A stretch of 64,000 nucleotides of DNA from positions 38,374 through 102,373 of the forward strand of contig JBHJNQ010000024.1 of NCBI GenBank assembly GCA_050330635.1, read 5' to 3'. Positions 28,582 to 37,779 of the stretch are shown piece after piece. A model generated the notes under the pieces. The model did no database searches and had not been told where the DNA came from. It saw only the letters and a list, made by a program, of their open reading frames with translations. Numbering within the stretch: position 1 is the first letter of the stretch; each line of letters opens with the position of its first letter. The position numbers were made by a program, and so were the translations under genes. Origin of the DNA: Acidimicrobiales bacterium. GTDB lineage: Bacteria > Actinomycetota > Acidimicrobiia > Acidimicrobiales > SZUA-35.

Positions 28582-30444
28582 TCAGCCGAGGATCGTGATG
28601 CGGCCCTCGCCCCCGGGCGGATAGGCGGCGGCGGTCACCACGCCGCCCAGCGGTCCCTCGATGTAGTCCCGGAGGGCCTGCTGGTCGGTGACGCCCAGGT
28701 TGACGAAGGGAACGGCCGGGTAGGCATCGCCGCCTCCGAGCGAGAAGTTGAGCCCCGCCACATCGACCGTGACGTCCGCCGCCACCCCATTGTCCACCAG
28801 CACGGTGCCGTCGTCGAGCACGAGGGAACGAACCCGCTGACCCGGCGCGTTCTGCACCCCGGTGTTCTGATCGGCGTCCCGGGCCGGGAAGCTCGGGTCG
28901 ATGACCACGGTGGCCCCGGCCAGGTGGACGAATCCCCCGTCGCCGGTAGCGGGCAGGGCGATCGCCCCCTCCTCGATGATCTGGCGCAGGGTCTCGGCCG
29001 GTACGTCCTCGGCCACGGCCACGAAGTTGCCGAACGGGGCGAGACGGAAGGTGTCGGCCACGGTGATCGGGCCAACCGGCTGATCGACCTCGCCCCGGAT
29101 ACCGCCCCCGTTCTGGATGGCGACCTGGGGCGTGTCGACCCCGAAGTCGGCGGCCCGGGCCTGCGCGCTGGCGAGGAGGCCATCGGCGAGCAGGTTGCCG
29201 CAGTTGGATTCCGCGCCCCGGACCTCGGGCCGCTCGCAGTCGAGGTTGACCTCGGAGCGGCCGATGATCGTGGCCGCCAGATCGGCCACGAAGGCCGCCA
29301 CCGGCTCTTCCACCCGCCGCTTCTGGGCCCGGGTCTCACCCACGGCCTCCGGTCCGGTGTCGGTCACGAGCTTGATGCCGGAGTCGTCCTCGTCCCAGGC
29401 CAGCACCTCACCGTCGCGGTCGAAGGTGACCTGGAGGGCCCCGACGTAACGGTAGTTGCCGGGGGTGGTCACCACCGGCACCGGTTCGCCGTCGAGGTCG
29501 GTGGCGACCTGGGGGTAGGAGCCGACGATGTCGTCGGCGTGGCCGGGGAACAGCTCGTCGTCGGCGTCGGCCAGGATCTCGTCGCCTCCGCCCCCGATGA
29601 TCACGTCGACGTCGCGCAGCTCGGCCGCCAGGGCGATCTCCGAGTCGAGGCCCTGGAGGTGGGTCATGAGCACGATCTTGTTGACGCCGCGGGCCGTGAG
29701 GGCGTCGATCTCGGCCTGGGCGATCGAGGCGAGCTCGGTCCGCACCACGACCCCGCCGGGCGACGAGATCGTCGGTAGTGACGGCGTGGTCAGGCCGACG
29801 ACCCCGATCCGCTCGCCGCGCTCCCTCACGACGGCGCTGGCGACCAACGACCGGCGGGTGAGGGGGGCCAGGGTCGGCTCGCCCGAGTAGTCCAGGTTGG
29901 CCGACACGAACGGGGTGCCCCGGCCGACCGTCTCCACGAACCGGGCGAACGACGCCGGGCCGAAGTCGAACTCGTGGTTGCCGACCCCGAGGGCGTCGTA
30001 GTCCAGGAGTCGGACGGCGACCCCGTCGTAGAAGGGCGCCCCCTCCTGTTGGGATGCCTGGAGGGTGGTGCCCGGGAGGTAGTTGTCGCCCGAGTTGAAC
30101 AGGACGACCCCCCGTTTCGAGGCCTCGCCCTTGTCGCGATCGCGTAGCGCAGACCGACGCAGTTGCTGGACCTTGGCATCGAAACGGGCGATGCCGCCGT
30201 AGACCACCCCGTCGTCGCCGACCGTGGGCAAGAGGCTGGACTCACCGTCGTTGTTGTGGAGGATCGTCAGGGTGAAGGCCGGCCGCCGCTGGTCGTCGCC
30301 GCCGTGGCCACCGCCCCTGCGGTCACCATCGGCCCCGGCGCCGGCTGGGGTGGCGGCTGCGGCCAGCACGGCGGTCGCCGCCAGCAGACAGGCGGCGATC
30401 GATCGGCGCCAACCTCTCGGTCGCGATTGGTGCGTCACGTCCAT
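28582..30444 (-). CDS. Secreted bifunctional metallophosphatase / 5'-nucleotidase
   Basis: Signal with WRRSIAACLLAATAVLAAAA. LHNNDGES, GNHEFD, the C-terminal 5'-NT domain. Confidence 0.88.
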   Translation of the reverse strand: MDVTHQSRPRGWRRSIAACLLAATAVLAAAATPAGAGADGDRRGGGHGGDDQRRPAFTLTILHNNDGESSLLPTVGDDGVVYGGIARFDAKVQQLRRSALRDRDKGEASKRGVVLFNSGDNYLPGTTLQASQQEGAPFYDGVAVRLLDYDALGVGNHEFDFGPASFARFVETVGRGTPFVSANLDYSGEPTLAPLTRRSLVASAVVRERGERIGVVGLTTPSLPTISSPGGVVVRTELASIAQAEIDALTARGVNKIVLMTHLQGLDSEIALAAELRDVDVIIGGGGDEILADADDELFPGHADDIVGSYPQVATDLDGEPVPVVTTPGNYRYVGALQVTFDRDGEVLAWDEDDSGIKLVTDTGPEAVGETRAQKRRVEEPVAAFVADLAATIIGRSEVNLDCERPEVRGAESNCGNLLADGLLASAQARAADFGVDTPQVAIQNGGGIRGEVDQPVGPITVADTFRLAPFGNFVAVAEDVPAETLRQIIEEGAIALPATGDGGFVHLAGATVVIDPSFPARDADQNTGVQNAPGQRVRSLVLDDGTVLVDNGVAADVTVDVAGLNFSLGGGDAYPAVPFVNLGVTDQQALRDYIEGPLGGVVTAAAYPPGGEGRITILG

Positions 30445-30573
30445 GTTCCTCGCTCCCTCCGGGCACGGCCCCGGCGATCCGGAGCCGAAGCGGAGCCTAG
30501 ACAATCTTGGCCATGCCTGTTGCCAATCCCGACGACGAACTCGGAGCAGGGGCGGCCCCACTACGATCGGGCG

Positions 30574-30660
30574 ATGGCTTTCGGACTGCTCGCCCTGATC
30601 GTGGTGGCGCTTGCTCTGGTGGTGGGTGCGGTGATGGCCGTGGTCGCCTCCGGCCGCTGA
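30574..30660 (+). CDS. Possible 28-aa single-TM micro-protein
   Basis: MAFGLLALIVVALALVVGAVMAVVASGR, ending 13 nt before the next membrane-protein gene. No homology evidence. Confidence 0.25.
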   Translation: MAFGLLALIVVALALVVGAVMAVVASGR

Positions 30661-30673
30661 GCGGGGACGGACG

Positions 30674-31858
30674 GTGGAAGAAGGCGAGCGGAAGGCCGTC
30701 GAGCGGTGGTTCGTCCACCAGGGACTACCCCATCTCATCCACGGCTACGGCGCATCGACCGGGGTCTTCAACCGAGCCCTGCCGTTCCTGCTCGTCGTCT
30801 TCGCCTTCAACGTGGTCGGAACGTTCGGCGACCGGTTCACCGGTTGGGCCCAAGCCGCGGTGGCGGTTTCCAGCGCCGCCATCGTCGTCGCCGTGGGCAC
30901 AGGGGTCAACGTCGCCCGGGGCCGGCGAGCCCTCCAGGTGCCCGACAACGTGGGTCTGCTGGAGCTGATCACCTTCGTCGCCGCTCCCGCCATCCCCGCC
31001 CTCGTGTTCGGCCAGGGGCTGGTCACCGCCGGCGGGGTCGTGGTGGCCAACCTGGTTCTGCTGGCCGTGGTCTACGTCGTGGTCGGATTCGGCATGGTCC
31101 CGACCATGGTGTGGGCCGTGCGCCAGACGTTCCGACACCTCAGCCAGGTCGTCACCCTGCTCGGTCGGGCCCTCCCGTTCGTGTTGGTGTTCTCCGCCTT
31201 CCTGTTCCTTAACGCCGAGCTGTGGCAGGTCGCCCTCGACTTCACGGGAGTGTCGTTCGCCATCACCGTCGGCCTCCTGTTGGCGGTGGCGGTGGCCTTC
31301 CTCGCCCTCCGGGTGCCGCGGGAGATAGCCAACGTCGCCCGCTTCGAGTCGTGGGGGCAGGTCTGCGAGCTGGCCGGCCGGGCCGGCTCACCCCTCACGG
31401 TGGCCACCGCCCCCCGGGGCGACGGACACGGCCCCCACCTGTCGCGAGCCCACCGGATCAACGTGATCTCGGTGGTCCTGTTCAACCTGGCCGTACAGAT
31501 CGTGCTCGTCTCGGCACTGATCGGGCTGTTCTACGTGGTGTTCGGGATGTTCGCGGTGCGGGCCGAGACGATCGTGGCCTGGACCTCCCTCGGCGAGGTC
31601 GGCCCGACCCAGGCGCTGTGGGAGTTCGAGATCGCCGGCACGGAGGTGGTGATGAGCGTGGCGCTGCTCCGGGTCGTCGGCTTCCTCGCCGCCTTCTCCG
31701 CCCTCCAGTTCTCGGTGGCGGCGATGACCGACGCCACCTATCGGGAGGAGTTCTTCGACGAGGCCCTGGCCGAGATGCGGGGGACCCTGGCCGTCCGCTC
31801 CCTGTATCTCCATCACCTGGTCGATGGTGGCGAGGCCCAAGGGGAGCCGTCCTCGTGA
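30674..31858 (+). CDS. Polytopic integral membrane protein, function unknown
   Basis: Multiple long hydrophobic helices, with coding-like composition throughout. GTG start. Confidence 0.75.
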   Translation: MEEGERKAVERWFVHQGLPHLIHGYGASTGVFNRALPFLLVVFAFNVVGTFGDRFTGWAQAAVAVSSAAIVVAVGTGVNVARGRRALQVPDNVGLLELITFVAAPAIPALVFGQGLVTAGGVVVANLVLLAVVYVVVGFGMVPTMVWAVRQTFRHLSQVVTLLGRALPFVLVFSAFLFLNAELWQVALDFTGVSFAITVGLLLAVAVAFLALRVPREIANVARFESWGQVCELAGRAGSPLTVATAPRGDGHGPHLSRAHRINVISVVLFNLAVQIVLVSALIGLFYVVFGMFAVRAETIVAWTSLGEVGPTQALWEFEIAGTEVVMSVALLRVVGFLAAFSALQFSVAAMTDATYREEFFDEALAEMRGTLAVRSLYLHHLVDGGEAQGEPSS

Positions 31859-31895
31859 CATGACCACCGGGACGCCAGAGCCGGGACCCCGGCGT

Positions 31896-31956
31896 TCGGT
31901 GACGGCCGCCAATGTCAACGGTCGGTGACGGCCGCCGATGTCAACGGTCGGTGACC
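31896..31956. repeat. 26-nt tandem duplication x2.3 (TCGGTGACGGCCGCCRATGTCAACGG)
   Basis: Two full copies differing at one base, plus a partial third, in the intergenic region. Confidence 0.85.
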
Positions 31957-32048
31957 GATGGAGGATCGGCAGGGCGGGGGGCGCGTTGGCGCCGGGAGCG
32001 GGCTCGGGCTAAAGAGTGTTCGCCAGGAACGCTCCGGAAGGAAACGCC

Positions 32049-32816
32049 ATGAGCCGATTCGAGGACCGTACCGTCGTCGTCACCGGGGGAGGTGGCGGCA
32101 TCGGTGGGGCGGTGTGCGCCGGCTTCGCCGCCGAGGGAGCGCGGGTGGCCGTGCTCGACCGGTTGGAGGAGGCGGCCACCACGACCGCCTCGGCCCTCAC
32201 CGACGTCGGCGCCACTGCGGTTGCGGTCGCCTGCGACATCACCGAGCGAGCGAGCGTCGACGCCGCGGTGGAGCGCATCACCGCCGAGCTCGGGCCGATC
32301 GACGTGCTCGTCAACAACGCCGGCTGGGACCTCTTCGTTCCCTTCCTCGACACCGAGCCCGACGACTGGTCGCGGCTCATCGACATCAACCTCGTCGGTG
32401 CCCTCCACATGCACCACGCCGTGCTTCCGGGCATGGTCGAGCGGGGCGCCGGCCGGGTGGTGAACGTGTCGTCGGACGCGGCCCGGGTCGGGTCGTCGGG
32501 CGAGGCGGTCTACGCCGCCTGCAAGGCCGGACTCGTCGCCCTGTCGAAGACGCTCGCCCGCGAGCACTCCCGCCACGGCATCACGTTCAACGTCGTGTGC
32601 CCCGGCCCGACCGACACCGCCCTCCTGGCCACGGTAGTCGACGCGGCCGCCAACCCCGAGAAGCTGCGGGAGGCCTTCCGCCGCTCGATTCCCATGGGCC
32701 GGCTGGGCCAGCCCGACGACCTGGTGGGGGCCGTCCTCTTCTTCGCCAGCGACGCCGCCTCGTTCGTGACCGGGCAGGTACTGAGCGTGTCGGGCGGCCT
32801 GACGATGAGCGGCTGA
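32049..32816 (+). CDS. SDR family oxidoreductase
   Basis: TVVVTGGGGGIGGA, NNAG, YAACKAG, ...VTGQVLSVSGG. RBS ggaaggaaa. Confidence 0.9.
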   Translation: MSRFEDRTVVVTGGGGGIGGAVCAGFAAEGARVAVLDRLEEAATTTASALTDVGATAVAVACDITERASVDAAVERITAELGPIDVLVNNAGWDLFVPFLDTEPDDWSRLIDINLVGALHMHHAVLPGMVERGAGRVVNVSSDAARVGSSGEAVYAACKAGLVALSKTLAREHSRHGITFNVVCPGPTDTALLATVVDAAANPEKLREAFRRSIPMGRLGQPDDLVGAVLFFASDAASFVTGQVLSVSGGLTMSG

Positions 32817-32828
32817 GCGACAGGCCCG

Positions 32829-32874
32829 CCGGTAGGACGGCCGGTAGGACGGCCGATGGTCGGCCGATGGTCGG
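32829..32874. repeat. Two adjacent short tandem duplications (CCGGTAGGACGG x2, then CCGATGGTCGG x2)
   Basis: Read directly between convergent genes (the SDR stop at 32816 and the aminotransferase stop at 32884). Confidence 0.8.
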
Positions 32875-32883
32875 CCGTCGCCG

Positions 32884-34065
32884 TCAGCCCCGCCGCTCCA
32901 GACCGGCGACGAAGTCGACCAGGCGACGGCACCCCTCCCGCAGCTCGTCATCGCCGGCGGTGAAGGCGAGCCGGAGCCAACCCTCGGCCGGCCGGCCGAA
33001 CGAGCCGGCGTCGACCACCGACACCCCGGTGGCCCGGAACAGGGCCCAGGCGAACGCATCGCCGGTCATGCCGAACGACCGGACGTCGACCATCACGTAC
33101 ATGCCGGCCCGCGGTGACAGAACCGGCAGGTCATCGGCCTTGGCCAGCTCGGCCACCACGAGGTCGCGACGACGGCGGTACGTCACCCGCATGGCGTCCA
33201 GGCCCTCGTCGCCGTTGGCCAGCGCCTCGATGGCGCCCGCCTGGACGAAACCGGGGAGGCCGTAGAGCATGGCCAGGTTGAGGCGGGAGAAGTGGTCGAT
33301 CAGCTCGGCCGGGCCGATGGCCCAACCCACCCGCCACCCGGTCATGGCGTGCGACTTCGACAGGCTCGACACCGTCACCGTCCGCTCCGCCATCCCGTCG
33401 AGGGCGGCGATCGAGCGGTGCTCGCCCTCGTAGACCAACTCGGCGTACACCTCGTCGGCGATGACCCACAGATCGTGACGGCGGGCCAGGTCGGCCACCA
33501 TCTCCAACTCGTCGACCGTGGCCACGGTCCCCGTCGGGTTGTTGGGGGTGGTTATGACGACGGCCCGGGTCCGCTCGTCGACGGCGGCGGCCAGGGCGTC
33601 GGGATCGAGGGCGAAGCCTCGCGCCGGGTCGAGGGCCACACGGCACAGCTCCGCCCCGCCGGCCCGCAACGTCGACTCGTAGGTCAGGTACATCGGTTCG
33701 AGACCGATGATGCGGGTGCCGGGATCGAGCAGGCACATACCGGCCGAGAACAGGGCTCCCTGGGTGCCGGCGGTGATGGCGACGTTGTCGGCGGTCCACG
33801 TCCGCCCCGTCGACGACGAGAACCGCTCCGCCACCAGCTCCCGCAGCCGGGGGCGGCCCAGGAACTCGCTGTAGTGGGTGTCGCCGGCCCGCAGCGCCGC
33901 CACCGCAGCGTCGACGATCGGGGCCGGGGTGGCGAAATCGGGATCGCCGATGCTGAGGATGATCACGTCCTCGCCCCGGTCCCGGGCCTCCCAGGCCTCG
34001 AACAGGGTGCCCCAGCCGCCGGCGCTCTCGGCGTCGATCCGATCCACCAACGACGAGTACTCCAT
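32884..34065 (-). CDS. Pyridoxal-phosphate-dependent aminotransferase, class I/II
   Basis: TTPNNPTG, SLSKSHAMTGWRVGW (PLP Lys), ...LRLAF. Confidence 0.9.
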   Translation of the reverse strand: MEYSSLVDRIDAESAGGWGTLFEAWEARDRGEDVIILSIGDPDFATPAPIVDAAVAALRAGDTHYSEFLGRPRLRELVAERFSSSTGRTWTADNVAITAGTQGALFSAGMCLLDPGTRIIGLEPMYLTYESTLRAGGAELCRVALDPARGFALDPDALAAAVDERTRAVVITTPNNPTGTVATVDELEMVADLARRHDLWVIADEVYAELVYEGEHRSIAALDGMAERTVTVSSLSKSHAMTGWRVGWAIGPAELIDHFSRLNLAMLYGLPGFVQAGAIEALANGDEGLDAMRVTYRRRRDLVVAELAKADDLPVLSPRAGMYVMVDVRSFGMTGDAFAWALFRATGVSVVDAGSFGRPAEGWLRLAFTAGDDELREGCRRLVDFVAGLERRG

Positions 34066-34209
34066 GACCGGTCAGGGTAGGCGAGTGGCGCCGCCGACCG
34101 GGCGTGGCCGGGATCGCATCGCCGCTGATCGACGGGGTGCCCGGAGCCTCTACCCTGGGGACGGACGGGCGGCACCTTGGTACCGCTGGACACGGAGAGT
34201 GACAGGCAG

Positions 34210-35055
34210 ATGTTGCGAGTGGCAGTACCCAACAAGGGGTCCCTGGCCGAACCGGCCTCGGCCATCCTGGGCGAGGCTGGTTACCGCCAGCGCCGGGACA
34301 AGGCCGATCTGGCCCTCGTCGACGCCGACAACGAGGTCGAGTTCTTCTTCCTCCGACCCCGGGACATCGCCGTCTACGTCGGGTCGGGCCGTCTCGACGT
34401 CGGCATCACCGGCCGCGATCTCCTCCTCGACTCGGGCTCGCCGGCCGACGAGATCCTTCCCCTCGGCTTCGCCGCCTCCACGTTCCGGTTCGCCGCCAAG
34501 CCCGGCGTCGTCACCTGCGAGCATGACCTCAACGATCTCCGGGTCGCCACCTCCTACCCGATCCTGGTGGCGAAGCACTTGTCCGATCTCGGCGTCCAGG
34601 CCGAGGTGATCCGCCTGGACGGCGCGGTCGAGGTGTCGGTGCGGCTCGGCGTGGCCGACGTCGTGGCCGACGTGGTCGAGACGGGCACCACCCTCCGCCA
34701 GGCCGGGCTCGAGGTGGTGGCCGAACCCATCCTGCACTCCGAGGCGGTCCTCATTCACCGCAGCGGGGTACGTCGTGATCCCCAGGTCGACCAGCTGGTC
34801 CGCCGACTCCAGGGCGTGCTCGTGGCCCGCCGCTACGTGATGATGGACTACGACATCCGGACCGAGCACCTGGAGGCGGCGGCGAAGATCACGCCCGGGC
34901 TGGAGTCGCCCACGGTGTCACCGCTGCAGACCGAGGGCTGGGTGGCGGTCAGGGCCATGGTGCCCGCTCGGGACGCCCAACGGATCATGGACGAGCTCTG
35001 GGAACTGGGAGCCAAGGCCATCCTCACCACCACCATCCACGCCTGCCGAATCTGA
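34210..35055 (+). CDS. hisG: ATP phosphoribosyltransferase (long form)
   Basis: MLRVAVPNKGSL..., DVGITGRDLL, ADVVETGTTLRQAGL, plus the C-terminal regulatory domain. Confidence 0.93.
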   Translation: MLRVAVPNKGSLAEPASAILGEAGYRQRRDKADLALVDADNEVEFFFLRPRDIAVYVGSGRLDVGITGRDLLLDSGSPADEILPLGFAASTFRFAAKPGVVTCEHDLNDLRVATSYPILVAKHLSDLGVQAEVIRLDGAVEVSVRLGVADVVADVVETGTTLRQAGLEVVAEPILHSEAVLIHRSGVRRDPQVDQLVRRLQGVLVARRYVMMDYDIRTEHLEAAAKITPGLESPTVSPLQTEGWVAVRAMVPARDAQRIMDELWELGAKAILTTTIHACRI

Positions 35056-35089
35056 CCGGCCACGGGGCCGGGCTCGATCCGGACTCCGA

Positions 35090-35941
35090 TCAACCGAGGG
35101 GGCGGCCCAGCTCCTCCCAGGTGGAGCCGTAGGCGGCGGCCAGCAGCTCGAAGAGGTCGCGCCGCGACGAGCCGTTGGTGCCGGTGAGGGCGGCGAGGAC
35201 CTCGACCTCGTTGTCGTCGCTGAAGTTGGTCTCGATGGTGTAGACCATGTCGAAACGCCAGTCGCCGTCTTCCCGGGCAAAGCGAGCCACCTCGAGCCCG
35301 TCCAACACGCCGAAGGCCTCGTCGACATCGCCGGCGACGATCTCGTCGAAGCGGAGCGAGGCCACGTCGTCGCCGACGAGCCCGTCGTCGACGCCGCGCA
35401 CGAAGAGCTCCTCACCCGTCGAGACCTCGAGCAGATCGTCGCCGAGGTTGGCCCGCATGGCGACCACGGTGATGGCGTCACCCAGCGGGATCCGGTCGAG
35501 CAGGTCCTCCGGTTCGGCCTGGCGGGCCACGACGAGCAGCGAGTCGTACCACTCGATGGTTCCGGCGCTGGCCAGCGTCACCGCCTCGTTCCCGTCACGG
35601 TCGAGGAGGGCCCGACGGTAGCGCTCGAAGGCGCCCGAGACCTCGGCCTCCACGGTGCCGGCGGTGGTGGTGATGGTGGTGGTGGTGGCTCCGTCGGCGT
35701 CGGCCGCCCCGGCGTCATCACCGTCGTCGCCAGCGGGGGTGGCCGCCCCCTCGCCGCTGTCGCCCGAGCCACCGACGGCCCCGGAAGCGGTGGTGACCGT
35801 GGCCGTCGCCCCCGGCGTGGCGGTGTCGCCATCGTCGTCGCCGCACCCGGCGAGCAGCAGCGCCAGAGCCACCGCCACCGACTGCGCCACCGCCCGGGCC
35901 GTCGGTCGTCCCGCCGCCATCCGTCGCGTTCGCGACCCCAT
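35090..35941 (-). CDS. Lipoprotein of unknown function
   Basis: MGSRTRRMAAGRPTARAVAQSVAVALALLLAGCGDDD, with lipobox LAGC. Low-complexity acidic linker, then a globular domain. Confidence 0.7.
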   Translation of the reverse strand: MGSRTRRMAAGRPTARAVAQSVAVALALLLAGCGDDDGDTATPGATATVTTASGAVGGSGDSGEGAATPAGDDGDDAGAADADGATTTTITTTAGTVEAEVSGAFERYRRALLDRDGNEAVTLASAGTIEWYDSLLVVARQAEPEDLLDRIPLGDAITVVAMRANLGDDLLEVSTGEELFVRGVDDGLVGDDVASLRFDEIVAGDVDEAFGVLDGLEVARFAREDGDWRFDMVYTIETNFSDDNEVEVLAALTGTNGSSRRDLFELLAAAYGSTWEELGRPLG

Positions 35942-36105
35942 GCTCGTCGCCACCGTCCTTTCGCCGACGTCCAGCGCCAGAACCGTAACGGACCGCAGGG
36001 CCGAGCGGGTGGCGGACGAAGCCGGCGCCGATCCCCAATTCGCCCGCACGAGGCGGTCCGGGGCAGGCATGATGGAATGACCTCGATAGAGTCGAGGGTC
36101 GTCAC

Positions 36106-36179
36106 GCTGCCGTAGCTCAGTTGGCTAGAGCGCCAGATTGTGGATCTGGAGGTCATGGGTTCAAGCCCCATCGGCAGTA
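36106..36179 (+). tRNA. tRNA-His (anticodon GTG) with no encoded G-1, a G1:U72 pair and A73
   Basis: Manual cloverleaf: acceptor gctgccg/cggcagt; D arm gctc-agttggcta-gagc; anticodon arm ccaga-ttGTGga-tctgg; T arm atggg-ttcaagc-cccat. Base -1 is C and the discriminator is A. CCA is not encoded. Confidence 0.9.
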
Positions 36180-36225
36180 CACAATTCTTCGGGTGGTGAG
36201 CGCCCCGAGCTGGCAGGCACAGACC

Positions 36226-37740
36226 GTGAGCAAGAAACCGAACCGGCCGAAGGCCAGGCTCCCCCGGGGCTTCATCGATGTCGCCGGCGACGACGTCCTC
36301 CAGCGTCAGTCCATGATCGACACCATCCTGGCCGTCTACCGTCGCTACGGCTTCCAGCCCCTGGAGACACCGGCGATCGAGTTCGTCGACGCCCTCGGCA
36401 AGTTCCTGCCCGACATCGACGCACCGGGCGAGGGGGTGTTCGCCTTCCGTGACGACGACGACGAGTGGGTGGCGCTCCGCTACGACCTGACCGCTCCCCT
36501 CGCCCGCTTCGTGGCCCAGAATCGCAACGAGCTCCCCCTGCCCTACCGCCGCTACCAGGTGGGGGCCGTCTACCGGCAGGAGAAGCCGGGGCCCGGACGG
36601 TTCCGCCAGTTCTACCAGTGCGACTTCGACACCGTGGGCAGCCGCTCGATGGCCGTCGACGCCGAGGTGTGCGCCCTGCTGTCGGAGACGTTGGAGACCC
36701 TGGGGATCGGGGTCGGCGACTATGTCGTCAAGATCAACGACCGCAAGGTCCTCAACGGGGTGCTCGACGGGGCCGGCATCGCCGTCGTGGGCGACGACAC
36801 CGGCGCCGACGAGTCGGCGGCCGCCGCCTCCGTGCGGGCCCACGTGCTCCGCTCGATCGACAAGCTCGACCGGGTCGGCATCGACGGGGTGCGCCTGCTG
36901 CTCGGGCCGGGCCGCACCGACGAGAGCGGTGACGTCACGCCCGGTGTGGGCCTCGACGACGCCCAGATCGAGCGGGTCATCGGTTTCGTGTCGGCCGGGG
37001 GCGGGACCCGGGCCGAGGTGCTCGACCGGCTCCGGACGCTCGTCGGTGACGAGCCCGAGGGGCTGGAGGGAATCGACGAGCTGGCCACCATCGACGGGCT
37101 GCTCACCGCCATGGGTCTCGACGCCGACCGCGTCGAGATCGACCCCACGGTGGTGCGGGGCCTCGACTACTACACCGGACCGGTGTTCGAGGCCGTCCTG
37201 AAGATCGGCGGCGACGACCAGCCGACCTTCGGCTCGGTGGCCGGCGGCGGGCGCTACGACGACCTCGTCGAGCGCTTCACCGGCCAGGAGGTGGCGGCGT
37301 GCGGCGCCAGCATCGGTGTCGACCGGCTGCTGACCGCCCTGCGGGCACTGGGCAAGCTCGACCCCGGGGCGACCGGGGGCCCGATCGTCGTCACCGTCAT
37401 GGACCGGGAACGGCTGAACGACTACCAGGCGATGGTGGCCGAGCTACGCCGGGCCGACGTCGCAGCCGAGCTCTTCCTCGGCAACAAGAACCTTGGCCAC
37501 CAGCTCAGGTACGCCGACCGGCGCCGGTCGCCGGTGGCCGTGATCGCCGGCAGCGACGAGTTCGGTGCCGGCACCGTCGTCCTCAAGGACCTCCTCTATG
37601 GCAAGGAGGTGTCGCAGGGCATCGAGGATCGCGACGAGTGGCTCAACGCCGCCGACGTGCAGCACACGGTGCCCCGCCACGACCTGGTGGCCGCCGTCCG
37701 CCGGTTGCTCGATCGCCAGGGCTCCACCACCGCCGACTGA
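36226..37740 (+). CDS. hisS: Histidyl-tRNA synthetase, atypical (alphaproteobacterial/eukaryote-like) type
   Basis: [16 protein letters not shown]..., [54 protein letters not shown] insertion, [21 protein letters not shown] at 36226. The longer ORF call overlaps the tRNA. Confidence 0.9.
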   Translation: MSKKPNRPKARLPRGFIDVAGDDVLQRQSMIDTILAVYRRYGFQPLETPAIEFVDALGKFLPDIDAPGEGVFAFRDDDDEWVALRYDLTAPLARFVAQNRNELPLPYRRYQVGAVYRQEKPGPGRFRQFYQCDFDTVGSRSMAVDAEVCALLSETLETLGIGVGDYVVKINDRKVLNGVLDGAGIAVVGDDTGADESAAAASVRAHVLRSIDKLDRVGIDGVRLLLGPGRTDESGDVTPGVGLDDAQIERVIGFVSAGGGTRAEVLDRLRTLVGDEPEGLEGIDELATIDGLLTAMGLDADRVEIDPTVVRGLDYYTGPVFEAVLKIGGDDQPTFGSVAGGGRYDDLVERFTGQEVAACGASIGVDRLLTALRALGKLDPGATGGPIVVTVMDRERLNDYQAMVAELRRADVAAELFLGNKNLGHQLRYADRRRSPVAVIAGSDEFGAGTVVLKDLLYGKEVSQGIEDRDEWLNAADVQHTVPRHDLVAAVRRLLDRQGSTTAD

Positions 37741-37779
37741 CCGGCGAACGGGCGGCGACCGGCCTCCTTGCGGCGCGAC

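Noticed and set aside
35941-36070. A longer N-terminus for the lipoprotein (ORF track start 36070)
   Set aside because: The extension is not signal-like, and the MGSRTRRMAAG...LLAGC signal/lipobox begins at the internal ATG. My single-base reading of the G-run near 36059-36063 also did not agree perfectly with the ORF-track frame. The start coordinate is therefore frame-derived and could be off by 1 nt.
36121-36225. The N-terminal extension of hisS in the ORF track (TTG at 36121)
   Set aside because: It would run through the tRNA-His gene. The HisRS homology begins at [16 protein letters not shown] (GTG at 36226).
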